Source: Methanobacteriota archaeon
Lineage (GTDB): Archaea; Halobacteriota; Bog-38; Methanoflorentales; Methanoflorentaceae
DNA length: 64,000 nucleotides
Reading direction: 5' to 3'
NCBI GenBank assembly: GCA_963720465.1
Contig: OY970393.1
Location: forward strand, 128,001-192,000
Below the pieces are notes generated by a model, which saw only the letters and a program-made list of their open reading frames with translations, made no database searches and had not been told where the DNA came from. Both the position numbers and the translations under genes were made by a program. Of this stretch, positions 9,975 to 20,561 are shown in pieces (the first letter of the stretch is position 1; each line of letters starts with the position of its first letter).

Positions 9975-12785
9975 ATGTTGGCCAGTAGCACTCCCGAAGA
10001 ACCTCTGGAAAGTTCGTTGCATCCCCGCGTGAAAGATGCATTCACAAGTCGATTTGGCCCCTTCACGGAAGCGCAACAGTTGGCAATTCCGGGCGTGCTG
10101 GAGGGCAAAAACCTACTTCTCGTCGCTCCCACAGGGACTGGGAAGACGGAAGCAGCGATGCTGCCGGTATTTAGCAAGCTGCTAGACTTTGAGGACCGCC
10201 ACGGAACAAGTGTCCTCTACATCACGCCTCTTCGAGCGTTAAACAGGGACATGCTGGCGAGGCTAAACTGGTGGGGCAGTCAGCTGCAAGTCTCGATCGG
10301 CGTCCGGCACGGCGACACGACGAAATCAGAAAGGCGGCGACAGGCACTCGAACCGCCTGATGTGTTGATCACGACGCCTGAGAGTCTTCAAGCCATCCTC
10401 ATGGGACGGCGACTGCGGGAAAACTTGCGCTCCGTCAGGTTTGTCATTATCGATGAAATCCACGACCTTGCGAGCTCAAAGCGAGGGGCCCAACTGGCAA
10501 TCGGTCTTGAGCGTTTGACGGACTTAGTCGGCGAGTTCCAAAGGATCGGGCTTTCTGCGACCGTTGGCAGCCCGCAGGAGATCGGCCACTTCCTCGCGGG
10601 GACCGGAAGGGCGTTCTCAGTCCTCGAGGTCTCGCGGGCGAAAATGTTAGATTTTGCGGTCACCGAGCCGCAGGTAACCGATGCGGATAACACGGTCGCG
10701 AAAACAAGAATGATTGCGCCAGAACTCGCGAGTCATGCCCGCATTGTGCGCGATATAGTCGAAAGGCATAAGTCCACACTGATTTTCGTGAATACGCGAC
10801 AAGCGGCTGAGGTGCTTGGATCCCTTTTTCGCGGCAGTGACGTTGGCGTGCATCACGGGTCACTATCGAGAGAGGCACGCATCGAGGCAGAAAACGAATT
10901 CAAAGCCGGCACGAAAAGAGGTTTGATCTGTACCTCTTCGATGGAACTGGGGATCGACATAGGGGACGTCGAGCACGTCATACAATATAATTCTCCCCGC
11001 GAAGTGACGCGATTGCTTCAACGCGTGGGACGGGCGGGACACAGAGTCGGCGAGAGATCTGAGGGTACCATCATCGCCACACACCCAGACGACATCATGG
11101 AGTCTTGGGTGATAACGCGTCGAGCGAAAAACAACGCGATCGAAGATGTGAACGCTGATTACCAAGCTTTGGACGTTCTTGCAAACCAGCTCTGTTTCAT
11201 GACCTTGAACGGGGCTAAGCCCGCTAAACTCGCGCTGCGCATCATCAAAAAGGCATTTCCATATCGAGACCTAACGCTCGAAAAGTTCGTCGAGGTGGTT
11301 AAGCTGCTGCAACAGCAGCGGCTATTGAAGGTTGAACGTGAAGACACAGAGCCGCTCATCAAGATGATGGGAAAAACGCGCCGGTACTGCTATGAAAATC
11401 TTTCTATGATTCCCGATGAAAAAACCTACAGTATCTATGACACGATAAACGGGAAGTGGATAGGAACTCTTGACGAAACATTCGTGATTGCTTTTGCTGA
11501 GCCTGGTGCCGTGTTTGTTACAAGGGGAGAGATGTGGCGGATTCTGGAGATTGACGAGCAGCGCGTGAAGGTTGAGCCCATGGACAGCTCGACCGGCGAG
11601 ATCCCTAGCTGGGCGGGCGAGCAAATACCAGTGCCTTACGAAGTTGCTTCCGACGTTGGGAAACTACGCGGGCAGATAGCGAATTCAAGTGAGGATGTGA
11701 GTCATAGCCTTCTAAATGATTACTGCACGGATCCGCACACGGTACAGCGCGTTGTCAACCTGATGCGGCGACAAGAGAAGTTCGTCGTTCCCACGCATAA
11801 CGTGCTGGTGGTGGAAGTCGACGGTAAGACTGCACTTATACACGCGTGCTTTGGCCATAGGATTAACGAGACATTAGGTCGGGTCATCAGTTCGCTGCTC
11901 GCGGCCCGCTTGGGCAGCAGCGTTGCTTTGGAGGTTAATCCATATTGGATACAGCTTCAACTCCCGAACGCGCTGAGCGCGGAACTCGTCGCTGAACTAG
12001 TCCGGCAGCTAAAGCCGGAGTTTCTTACGCCGTTGATTGACATGACTCTCAAAAATAGCATGCTGCTTAGGTGGAAGCTAGCGCACGTGGCACGCAAGTT
12101 CGGCGTCATCGAGAGGGACGCGGAATCTAAGTATTTCAATATCAACAAGCTGATGGATCTTCTGAAAGATACCCCCGTTTATGAGGAGGCGATACGCGAT
12201 ATCGTGCACGACAAGCTCGATCTGGAGCGCACTCGCCATCTTCTCAGGGAAATTCAAGACGGCGACATACGAGTAGTCACGTCGAAACTGAGCCCTCTCA
12301 GCAGGGAAAGGCATTATGGCGCACGAGATCTGCTTGTAACCGACAACGCAGACAGGTCAATTCTCATGGCGCTCAAAAACAGAATCATGAATGATCGTGT
12401 AATACTTTTTTGTCTCACGTGTAAGAAATGGCGATCGAAACGAAACGTGGCAAGCGTGCCTGAGCAGCCACAATGTCCACTATGCAGCTCTAAGTTGATT
12501 GCAGCACTGAAGCCGTGGGAAGATGAGGACGTCGTCATTGCCACCAAGTCCGAAAGAGCGAAAACTGCTGAGGAGAAGGCGCGGACAAGGCGCGTCTATA
12601 GAAATGCTAACTTGGTTCTTTCTCACGGGAAGAAAGGAGTTATCGCTTTAGCATCGCGCGGCTTGGGCCCTGAAGCCGCATCAAGAGTCATCCGAAAAGC
12701 GCGCCGAGATGAAGAAGGCTTTTACCGCGATATCTTGAGGCACGAGCGGCAGTACACACTCACGCGCAGGTTCTGGCACAACTGA
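9975..12785 (+). CDS. lhr: Lhr-like SF2 helicase with a C-terminal Cys-rich (Zn) motif
   Basis: Motifs APTGTGKT, DEIH, GLSAT, HHGSLS, ELGIDIG and QRVGRAGH; C-terminal CLTC...CPLC. Confidence 0.92.
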   Translation: MLASSTPEEPLESSLHPRVKDAFTSRFGPFTEAQQLAIPGVLEGKNLLLVAPTGTGKTEAAMLPVFSKLLDFEDRHGTSVLYITPLRALNRDMLARLNWWGSQLQVSIGVRHGDTTKSERRRQALEPPDVLITTPESLQAILMGRRLRENLRSVRFVIIDEIHDLASSKRGAQLAIGLERLTDLVGEFQRIGLSATVGSPQEIGHFLAGTGRAFSVLEVSRAKMLDFAVTEPQVTDADNTVAKTRMIAPELASHARIVRDIVERHKSTLIFVNTRQAAEVLGSLFRGSDVGVHHGSLSREARIEAENEFKAGTKRGLICTSSMELGIDIGDVEHVIQYNSPREVTRLLQRVGRAGHRVGERSEGTIIATHPDDIMESWVITRRAKNNAIEDVNADYQALDVLANQLCFMTLNGAKPAKLALRIIKKAFPYRDLTLEKFVEVVKLLQQQRLLKVEREDTEPLIKMMGKTRRYCYENLSMIPDEKTYSIYDTINGKWIGTLDETFVIAFAEPGAVFVTRGEMWRILEIDEQRVKVEPMDSSTGEIPSWAGEQIPVPYEVASDVGKLRGQIANSSEDVSHSLLNDYCTDPHTVQRVVNLMRRQEKFVVPTHNVLVVEVDGKTALIHACFGHRINETLGRVISSLLAARLGSSVALEVNPYWIQLQLPNALSAELVAELVRQLKPEFLTPLIDMTLKNSMLLRWKLAHVARKFGVIERDAESKYFNINKLMDLLKDTPVYEEAIRDIVHDKLDLERTRHLLREIQDGDIRVVTSKLSPLSRERHYGARDLLVTDNADRSILMALKNRIMNDRVILFCLTCKKWRSKRNVASVPEQPQCPLCSSKLIAALKPWEDEDVVIATKSERAKTAEEKARTRRVYRNANLVLSHGKKGVIALASRGLGPEAASRVIRKARRDEEGFYRDILRHERQYTLTRRFWHN

Positions 12786-12903
12786 CGCGAGCACTTTAGT
12801 TCTCGTCGCGTCGCTTCTGCAAGAGGCTAGGGCGCGACAGTCGTTTTGTCACGCTCGAAATACGATGGCATGTATATATACGAAAGTCCCGATAGAGTGA
12901 AAT

Positions 12904-14007
12904 ATGAGCTATCTCACGGAGGCTTCGGAGCTAACCAAGCAACGACTCGACATCATTCAGGAACTGCAAGACTTGCGGGGCAGCGAGATGATCTGCTATG
13001 TTACAGGCGACCGCCCAACGAATGCTAATATCCCCGGGATGAGTAGCCAAGTGTCGCAAGATCACTTGCGTTTCGTTTATGACCATCTCGATCGCTTAGG
13101 CGAGGTCGATCATTTGGACTTGTTCATCTATACTCGCGGAGGAGACGCTGACGTCCCGTGGCCAATGGTGAACTTCATTCGAGAGTTCGCGACAAAGTTC
13201 TCGGCACTCGTGCCTTATCACTGTCATAGCGCGGGAACACTAATTTGTCTTGGTGCCGATGAAATATTGATGGGGACAGGTGGAACGCTTAGTTCGGTCG
13301 ATCCGACCACCGCAAACCAATTCAATCCTCGCGATCCGCTAAATCCCGCCATCCCCCTCGGGATTAGTGTCGAGGACGTCACCGCATACCTCACTCTTGC
13401 TCGCGAGGCTGCTAAGATCAGCGAGCAGGACCACATAATTGAGGTCTTCAATGAACTTTCAAAGCAAGTCCATCCGCTTGCGCTAGGAAATGTTTACCGG
13501 CAACACACGCGTATCCGAATGTTGGCCACGAATTTGCTCAAGATTCATATGCGCGGTGAAAAAAACGAGGCTAAGGTCACTCAGATAGTGGAAATAATGA
13601 CCGAGAAACTGTACACACACACACACTTTATCAACAGACGTGAGGCGAGGAAGGTTATTGGTTTGAACGTACGCGACCCGGAACGACAGGTTGAGAAACT
13701 CATGTGGGACTTATTCCAAAACTACGCCGCTGATATGCAACTTTACGAACCGTTTGATTTGAACATGTTCGTTGGGGATGAGACGTACAAAGAGGGAGTT
13801 GCTAAAGGCGCATTTATCGAAAGCTTAGACATGATGGACGTATGGGGGTCTGTGTTTGCTGTGTCCAAGAATAAAGCGGTCCCACCTAATCTGCCTGTAC
13901 CGATCTCACCGGAACGAATTCAAGCGTTGCAAGGTCTGCCGTTCAAGATTGACGTCAACATACTGAAAATGGGCTGGGAGCGGGCGCTACGTGAGAAGCA
14001 GGTTTAA
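12904..14007 (+). CDS. SDH-family (ClpP/crotonase fold) serine peptidase
   Basis: Motifs DLFIYTRGG, CHSAGTLICLGADEILM, LSSVDP and H..INRREA. A TATATA box lies about 25 nt upstream. Confidence 0.8.
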   Translation: MSYLTEASELTKQRLDIIQELQDLRGSEMICYVTGDRPTNANIPGMSSQVSQDHLRFVYDHLDRLGEVDHLDLFIYTRGGDADVPWPMVNFIREFATKFSALVPYHCHSAGTLICLGADEILMGTGGTLSSVDPTTANQFNPRDPLNPAIPLGISVEDVTAYLTLAREAAKISEQDHIIEVFNELSKQVHPLALGNVYRQHTRIRMLATNLLKIHMRGEKNEAKVTQIVEIMTEKLYTHTHFINRREARKVIGLNVRDPERQVEKLMWDLFQNYAADMQLYEPFDLNMFVGDETYKEGVAKGAFIESLDMMDVWGSVFAVSKNKAVPPNLPVPISPERIQALQGLPFKIDVNILKMGWERALREKQV

Positions 14008-14079
14008 TTGCGCTAGCTATATTTAAAGTTGAACACTCGCGCCCCCGCTGCTAGAATTTCGTTTAGGGCTTGAAACCCC

Positions 14080-14310
14080 CTATATGAGTTTTAAAGCTAT
14101 GTAGCCGATGACTACAACTACAACCCCGATTATTATCAAGCCTACGATCGTCTTAATGATGATATCAACGATGTGCAGCCAGCCGCCAAACACAAGCATG
14201 GGCAGCAATAAACTTCCAATCCACCACCCGAGGAGCAAAAAGAGGATCAGTATGATGATAACTGCGACTACCAGCAACGCTGATATAAGCGAATCCTTAA
14301 ACGCCATCAT
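14080..14310 (-). CDS. Small membrane protein (2-3 TM)
   Basis: Very hydrophobic 76-aa ORF with GGAGGTG ribosome-binding site just upstream. Confidence 0.7.
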   Translation of the reverse strand: MMAFKDSLISALLVVAVIIILILFLLLGWWIGSLLLPMLVFGGWLHIVDIIIKTIVGLIIIGVVVVVIGYIALKLI

Positions 14311-14360
14311 GCACCTCCCAATTTAGAAGAAACGCCACCCCTCCGATTGGCTCTTCTAGT

Positions 14361-14755
14361 CTAAAAACGTTTCCATCTCGCATCAGTGGTTCCTCGATTG
14401 CCTTTCTCGACAAATCGATGCACGTACCATGGGCTTTCACTGAGCGCGGAGTAGAACGCATTTAGGTCAGTCCAGCGCTCGTGCGCATCCACCGCAGCGC
14501 CGTGCGGGCACGCCGAAAACAGGGAAACTGAGTTGTTGAACCCTGCCCGCCAGAATGCGAGGCGGAAATGTGCGCGATCAGCGTAGCGTGAGCTTTGTTG
14601 ACAATCAACCGCTGCATTTTCGTCCACTCGTCGTCCACTCTCAGCGCCCACCCATTTCTTTGAAGCGCTAAATAGGTTGGACTGAGCGCTGCTGAAACGA
14701 TCACGCATGTTAGATTACCTGAGTAAGTCTGACCTCTAAGCTTCGATAACCACAA
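14361..14755 (-). pseudogene. Possible decayed gene fragment, weak resemblance to NADH:flavin oxidoreductase (OYE)
   Basis: Two overlapping frames; ALRVDDEWTKMQRLIVNKAHA..IAHISASHSGGQ loosely recalls the OYE 'GIYDD..RL...VH..I..Q..HGGRQ' segment. Confidence 0.2.
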
Positions 14756-14847
14756 GGGTTAATGCATTGCAGCCGCGTCGCGCAATCACCAGAGCATTTA
14801 TCTATGAGCATCCATCTATACTCATAAGTAGTTTTTGAGGTGATACA

Positions 14848-15837
14848 ATGCCAATCTTACAAATCTCTGTGCCCACAATCTCTCAAAGTACTGGGATCAT
14901 AATTGCAATTGGATTGGCTATTTTGATCATCATTGTTGCCGTAGCCCTAGTGCTGAGAGCCCGTCGGCGGAGCTCACCGGCACAAGAAACTGGAAGCTCT
15001 ATCAACCAAGCCGCGAGCGAGGAGGAAACATTTCAAGAAGTAGCTGTACCAGAGGCGTACCCAGAAACGACGACCACGATACCTCTTTCTGATGAATCTT
15101 ACCAAGATCTCGCCTATACGCCGCCGATGGAAGTGCAACCTGGACCGGAACAACCGCCGGACTCTGCGGTTCCAAAACTGCCTCCGAAAACCACCACTAT
15201 AGTCAAAGGCAACGTCAACATAGCAGCAGTCTCGGCTAGTGCCAGTCAGGCGGCCGAGATTCGCAATGAACTTACCGCCCTAAGTTATAATGACGCAATT
15301 ACGCCAATCGAGGCCGTCATTGACGAATCGAGTTTGGCAACGAAGATCAATGAAGTGAAAGATGATCTCGATTCTAACGAAACGCTGAGCGTCATACTGT
15401 TGAAATGCGTCGATATCGCAAAGTCATTGAATCGAAGAGCTGATCTCACGTGGATAGACCGTGAGCTTTTCGGCTCACCTGAATGGGACGATGCCGTTTA
15501 TCTTGACGTAAGCAACGAGGGCGCGTTTCCTGCGTATCGGCTCATCGATGCAACGATGTACTTGAACTACACGCGCGAAGGTGAAGCGTTCCCGACGATT
15601 GAAGAATACGCGATCCCCGTGTTTGAGAACCGCTCACTTTACGCGCTCGAGAAGATATTGGAATCTGCTAACATTCAAAACCAGGACTACCTTGTGCTAA
15701 ACACACCTGCCCCCACCCAATGGCCTAGCACGGCAGCTCTGGGAGAACTCATACCACTCACCGTTTCGGTGAAAGACTACTTGGATATCTTAACTGAAGT
15801 GAAAAAGCAAGTTCAGGAATTCGTGCATTCGCTTTAG
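14848..15837 (+). CDS. Membrane-anchored protein with Pro/Glu-rich linker and C-terminal AbiTii-like domain
   Basis: N-terminal TM helix followed by RARRR. C-terminal LSVILLKCVDIAKSL...LTWIDRELFG...PAYR matches the AbiTii pattern. GAGGTGA ribosome-binding site. Confidence 0.6.
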   Translation: MPILQISVPTISQSTGIIIAIGLAILIIIVAVALVLRARRRSSPAQETGSSINQAASEEETFQEVAVPEAYPETTTTIPLSDESYQDLAYTPPMEVQPGPEQPPDSAVPKLPPKTTTIVKGNVNIAAVSASASQAAEIRNELTALSYNDAITPIEAVIDESSLATKINEVKDDLDSNETLSVILLKCVDIAKSLNRRADLTWIDRELFGSPEWDDAVYLDVSNEGAFPAYRLIDATMYLNYTREGEAFPTIEEYAIPVFENRSLYALEKILESANIQNQDYLVLNTPAPTQWPSTAALGELIPLTVSVKDYLDILTEVKKQVQEFVHSL

Positions 15838-16340
15838 CGAATGTTCTTGCTGTCCGAAAAGCTCTTTGCTGCTTGCAGCGGAGTTTTCCTTGTGGTTGCG
15901 ATTTCCAACATTTTCATAAGCTATTTATAAAGGCGCCAGATCACAGGAGCGCATACAAGCCGCCGGATATTCCCACGAGTGGACTATGCGTTTGACGAGA
16001 TATGTCCACTGGCGCACGATAGCCATCGATAGCGTTCGTCTCAATATTCTTAGCTTTCTTCTCTCCGATATGCATTGCTTCGGAGCCCTTGCTTCGGAAC
16101 CCGGTTACACGACATAACGCCGTCGGTCGAACCGGATGCGGATGCCGAGCTTGTTCGCAGCAGTGGCTCCTCGTTCGAAGCTCATTTATGCTCGACTAGC
16201 GAGGAACATTTTCATTGGCAGGCGAATCTGACACCCGTTGCATTACGCAGTGGGCACACACGCATATCCTCGTCAGAAAAAAAGTGCTTGATTCCGACGG
16301 CAATCAGCGGATCTCTCTAGGCTATGTCTCCGCGATTCTT

Positions 16341-17237
16341 CTACCATCCGCGCGTTTGCAGGATTTCTTCCTTAGGTATCTGGCCTACAGACAATCCTTT
16401 CATTGGTAGTCCGAGACCTTTGGAGATCTCTGCCAATGCTTTTGGGTCGTCAAAGTTGTTGACTGCTTCAACAATAGCCTTTGCCATCACTTCAGGTTGT
16501 TCTGACTTAAAGATTCCTGAGCCAACGAAAACGCCATCTGCGCCCATACGCATCATAAGGGCTGCGTCAGCTGGCGTAGCGATTCCGCCGGCTGCGAAGT
16601 TGACGACGGGCAGCCTCTGCATTTCGGCTGTTTCGGCTGTCAGATCAGCGGGCGCCTCGATCTCTCGTGCAACGCGAGTGATTTCTTGTTCAGATTTGCC
16701 TTTTAGTTCCCTGATCTTGCTCATGATGGCGTGCATGTGTCGGACTGCCTCTGACACGTCGCCAGTCCCCGCTTCGCCTTTGGTGCGAATCATCGCTGCG
16801 CCTTCGTTGATCCGTCTTAGGGCCTCTCCAAGGTCCCGCGCTCCGCATACAAACGGCGTCGTAAATCGTAGCTTATCAATGTGAAATTGCTCGTCTGCAG
16901 GAGTCAAGACTTCAGACTCATCGATCATGTCAACGCCCAGCGCTTCCAAGATTTCAGCTTCGACGAAGTGTCCAATCCGCGTCTTGGCCATTACCGGTAT
17001 AGAAACTGAGTCGATGATTTGTGAGACAATAAGAGGGTCTGCCATGCGCGCTACTCCCCCAGCCTTGCGAATATCTGCCGGAACGGCGTGGAGCGCCATT
17101 ACCGCAACCGCTCCTGCCTTCTCAGCGATGATTGCTTGGTCTGCCGTGGTCACATCCATTATGACCCCGCCTTTCTGCATTTTGGCGAAGCCCCTTTTCA
17201 GCAGTTCGGTTCCGCGATGCAGCTTTTCAATATCCAC
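16341..17237 (-). CDS. pdxS: Pyridoxal 5'-phosphate synthase lyase subunit
   Basis: Motifs [38 protein letters not shown] and [11 protein letters not shown]. Confidence 0.97.
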   Translation of the reverse strand: MDIEKLHRGTELLKRGFAKMQKGGVIMDVTTADQAIIAEKAGAVAVMALHAVPADIRKAGGVARMADPLIVSQIIDSVSIPVMAKTRIGHFVEAEILEALGVDMIDESEVLTPADEQFHIDKLRFTTPFVCGARDLGEALRRINEGAAMIRTKGEAGTGDVSEAVRHMHAIMSKIRELKGKSEQEITRVAREIEAPADLTAETAEMQRLPVVNFAAGGIATPADAALMMRMGADGVFVGSGIFKSEQPEVMAKAIVEAVNNFDDPKALAEISKGLGLPMKGLSVGQIPKEEILQTRGW

Positions 17238-17302
17238 TCAAATCAACTCTCTTGCTTCAGACTATACGCACCCGAAGAGATAAAGCTTATGTGGCTCCGT
17301 TA

Positions 17303-17509
17303 CTACAACTCCGACTTAATTCTGTTTTGGATCTCTTCAGCAGCAAACCCTTGGCCGTATTCCCGTTTGTAAGCGCTGTACAAGTCTACAAGCTCCCTGA
17401 GCTTCATCTTGGAAATAAAAATGGGGCCGCATTGTGCTTCGACTTTCTTCTTAAGTTTCTTGACGACGTCTGCGGCGCTTTCAGTGCCTCGCTCTTCATT
17501 CATACGCAT
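17303..17509 (-). CDS. Small hypothetical protein
   Basis: 68-aa charged helical ORF co-oriented upstream of pdxS. Confidence 0.55.
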   Translation of the reverse strand: MRMNEERGTESAADVVKKLKKKVEAQCGPIFISKMKLRELVDLYSAYKREYGQGFAAEEIQNRIKSEL

Positions 17510-17608
17510 TTACTACGCTACGCAACTTTTTAATACTTTCCAGCCCAGTTATTTAAAAAAGGTCTACCTGGTCTTTTTATACTGAGATTATCGCGTGACG
17601 TGTGTTAA

Positions 17609-20557
17609 ATGTCGAACGAACAGTTAAGCCTTGGTGTTCTCGAATATCTGAGAGACGACTTTGCACAAAGGCGCTGCGCCAGCTGCGGCAGTCAATTTTG
17701 GACACGAGAGGAGCAAAGTACCTGCGGCGATGCCCCGTGCGCGCCGTATACGTTTATCGGCGCTCCGGTTTTGAAAAAGCGCCAGCTCAATGAAATGCGG
17801 GAATTCTATCTGTCTTTCTTCGAGCGTCGCGGACACACTCGCGTTCAGCCATATCCAATCATTGCACGGTGGAGGGAAGACGTGTTGCTAGTCAACGCTT
17901 CAATATATGATTTTCAGCCACTTGTTACGTCTGGCAAGGTGCCCCCACCGGCGAATCCACTCACGATGTCACAGCCATGCGTTCGACTGAAAGATATCGA
18001 TATGGTCGGCAAAAGCGGCAGACATCTAACGAACTTTGAAATGATGGCGCATCACGCATTCAATTATCCGGGATGCCACATCTACTGGAACAATGAAACA
18101 GTCGCATATTGCGACACCCTCCTTCAAAAGTTGGGAGCCGACCCGTCGGCTATTACGTATAAGGAGAGTCCCTGGGCAGGAGGCGGTAATGCGGGGCTGT
18201 CGCTGGAAGTGCTTGTCGGGGGCTTGGAGCTCGCAACACTTGTTTTCATGGATATGCAGCGGTCAAAAACGGGGATGATGATCAAAGGTGAGCGCTATGA
18301 GCACATGGAGACCTCAATCGTCGATACGGGTTATGGTTTGGAGCGCATGGTTTGGGCGGCAAACGGCAAACCGACCATATATGACGCTGTGATGCCTGAT
18401 ATCGTCAATTACCTGGTAGAAGGCACCGGACTAGAGCACTCGCTTGAAGATCCGCATTATTCGCTTATCTTAGCCCAAAATGCTCGATTAGCCGGCCTGA
18501 TTGACTTGAACGCTTCTAATCTTCTGGTCCTACGGAAACGTGTTGCAAGTAGTATTGGCATTGCCGTTGAAGAGTTAATAAGGATCGTGGAGCCCATCGA
18601 GGCTTTGTACACCATTGCGGATCATTCTAGATGTCTTGTGTTTATGTTAGGAGACGGAATAGTTCCTTCAAATGTCAAAGCCGGATATCTCGCGCGACTT
18701 GTGATTCGAAAGGTGCTCCGCTTATTGCAAAGTTTGAATTGTCCTATCGCGTTGGAAGAGATAGTCACAAAACAGATAGAGAGTCTGAGCGCTTTCCCTA
18801 CATATGCAGCGCGCGCGGACACCGTCATTGACATGATACGATGTGAAACTGAGAAATATGGGAGCACTATTGACAAAGGTAAAAAACGTGTAGTAACTCT
18901 CGCCCAGCGCTACCGTGGACAGCGCATTCCCACAGACGAGCTCGTAAAAATGTATGACTCTAACGGAATACCCCCAGAGATCGTCGAAGCGGTGGCTGCG
19001 GAAAGCGGAGCGCGCGTTGAACTGCCGGATGATTTTTACTCGCTGGTTGCTGCTTCGCACGAGCGTTTAGAAGTCGGCGAAGAGCCCGCCTCCGAAGCTG
19101 GCCGAGGCTTGCCTAGTACCTACCGATTATTCTACGATGAACCTGAAGAGGTGATCTTCGAAGCTCAAGTGGTTGGACTGTTGAAACAAGGGCTAATTCT
19201 GGATAGGACGTTGTTCTATCCAGGCGGGGGTGGACAGCCAGAAGATACAGGCTATATCACGTCGCATTCGGGAACGAAAGTCCGAGTGCGTCTCGCGCGG
19301 CTTCTGGGGGACGCTGTAATCCATGAAGTCGAGGACGCTGCGCCTTTTGCGGTTGGAGAAAACGTAATAGGTGAGATCGATATTGACAGAAGACAATCGC
19401 TTGCACGGCATCATACTGCGACTCATATTCTGCTCGCGTCTATAAGGGCGGAGCTCGGAGATCATATCTGGCAGGAAGGGGCACAGAAGGGGGTACTCAG
19501 CTCACGTCTTGACGTCTCCCATTACAAGAAAGTGGCTGACCACGAACGGAAAAAAATCGAGCTCAGGGCAAACGCTGCAATTATGGCTGACACCGAGGTC
19601 GAACAGAGATGGATGGACCGAAACGAAGCAGAACAGACTTATGGATTTGCCCTCTACCAGGGCGGAGTTCCACCAGGGGCCATTATTCGAATAGTGAAAG
19701 TCCGCACCGATGATCCTGATGTCACCGATATCCAAGCGTGCGCAGGAACCCACATGACGAGAACCGGCAAAGTCGGACCTTTGAGAATCGTGAAGACAGA
19801 AGGGATACAAGATGGAGTCGAACGCTTCGAATTTGTTGCCGGCGTAGCTGCCGTAAAGTACGATCAGCTACGTGATACAATCATTAGCAAATCCTGTCAA
19901 AAGCTGCGAGTCCCTCCCGAACAACTAGCGGCTGAAGTGGGTCGCTATTATGAGGAATGGAAGCAGAGAGGCAAGGATTATGAAAAGCTTAGGCCGAAGT
20001 TCTTTTCTTTGGCGGGGCAGCGTGCATCGATCAACGCAGCGCAGCAAGCACTCCGTGAAGGGGATCTTGAAAAGGTGAAGAATGAGCTCATGTCAGTGGA
20101 CGCTGCATTCGAGAGGCTGACCAGTGTTACAGTTGAACCGTCCACGGTTAAGGCGTTAGCGAAAGCCTACCCTCCCATGGTGTGGATTGAAGAAACAATG
20201 AAGCGCGGCAATGAGCCGCGCCTTAAGATCTTAAGCTCCACAATTGACGCAGACATGAAAGAGCTTCTGCACACCTCACAGGAGCTGCTAAACGACAAGG
20301 CTGTGGTCATCCTCGGAGGCGTGCGCGCAGGCCAAGCACATGTCGTTATTACCGTGCGCGCTAATGTAGCGAAAGAGGGCTTGGACGCAGCTACGATAGT
20401 AAAAGAGGCGTGCAGCATACTTGGTGGTAGTGGAGGCGGGCGGCCTGAGCGGGCGCAAGGAGGCGGCCCTTATGCAGACAAGATCCACAAAGCTGTCAGC
20501 GAGGCTAGGAAACTCGTACGCGAGCAACTCGAATCGCTCGGGTACCGAGTAGGTTGA
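17609..20557 (+). CDS. alaS: Alanine--tRNA ligase (archaeal type)
   Basis: Motifs CGDAPC, ASIYDFQP, FEMMAHHAFN, DTGYGLER, editing HHTATH...QACAGTH and C-Ala GGSGGGRPERAQGGG. Confidence 0.97.
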   Translation: MSNEQLSLGVLEYLRDDFAQRRCASCGSQFWTREEQSTCGDAPCAPYTFIGAPVLKKRQLNEMREFYLSFFERRGHTRVQPYPIIARWREDVLLVNASIYDFQPLVTSGKVPPPANPLTMSQPCVRLKDIDMVGKSGRHLTNFEMMAHHAFNYPGCHIYWNNETVAYCDTLLQKLGADPSAITYKESPWAGGGNAGLSLEVLVGGLELATLVFMDMQRSKTGMMIKGERYEHMETSIVDTGYGLERMVWAANGKPTIYDAVMPDIVNYLVEGTGLEHSLEDPHYSLILAQNARLAGLIDLNASNLLVLRKRVASSIGIAVEELIRIVEPIEALYTIADHSRCLVFMLGDGIVPSNVKAGYLARLVIRKVLRLLQSLNCPIALEEIVTKQIESLSAFPTYAARADTVIDMIRCETEKYGSTIDKGKKRVVTLAQRYRGQRIPTDELVKMYDSNGIPPEIVEAVAAESGARVELPDDFYSLVAASHERLEVGEEPASEAGRGLPSTYRLFYDEPEEVIFEAQVVGLLKQGLILDRTLFYPGGGGQPEDTGYITSHSGTKVRVRLARLLGDAVIHEVEDAAPFAVGENVIGEIDIDRRQSLARHHTATHILLASIRAELGDHIWQEGAQKGVLSSRLDVSHYKKVADHERKKIELRANAAIMADTEVEQRWMDRNEAEQTYGFALYQGGVPPGAIIRIVKVRTDDPDVTDIQACAGTHMTRTGKVGPLRIVKTEGIQDGVERFEFVAGVAAVKYDQLRDTIISKSCQKLRVPPEQLAAEVGRYYEEWKQRGKDYEKLRPKFFSLAGQRASINAAQQALREGDLEKVKNELMSVDAAFERLTSVTVEPSTVKALAKAYPPMVWIEETMKRGNEPRLKILSSTIDADMKELLHTSQELLNDKAVVILGGVRAGQAHVVITVRANVAKEGLDAATIVKEACSILGGSGGGRPERAQGGGPYADKIHKAVSEARKLVREQLESLGYRVG

Positions 20558-20561
20558 TTAA

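Noticed and set aside
490-12785. Metallophosphoesterase and Lhr as a functional pair split by the mer/cbi genes
   Set aside because: The families are often neighbours, but here they are 8.6 kb apart with unrelated operons between, so the sequence gives no support.
15930-16280. Possible decayed YbjQ/UPF0145-like gene (EAMHIGEKKAKNIETNAIDGYR) or ncRNA downstream of pdxS
   Set aside because: Multiple stops, only a weak resemblance and no convincing RNA structure; no pdxT remnant was found either.
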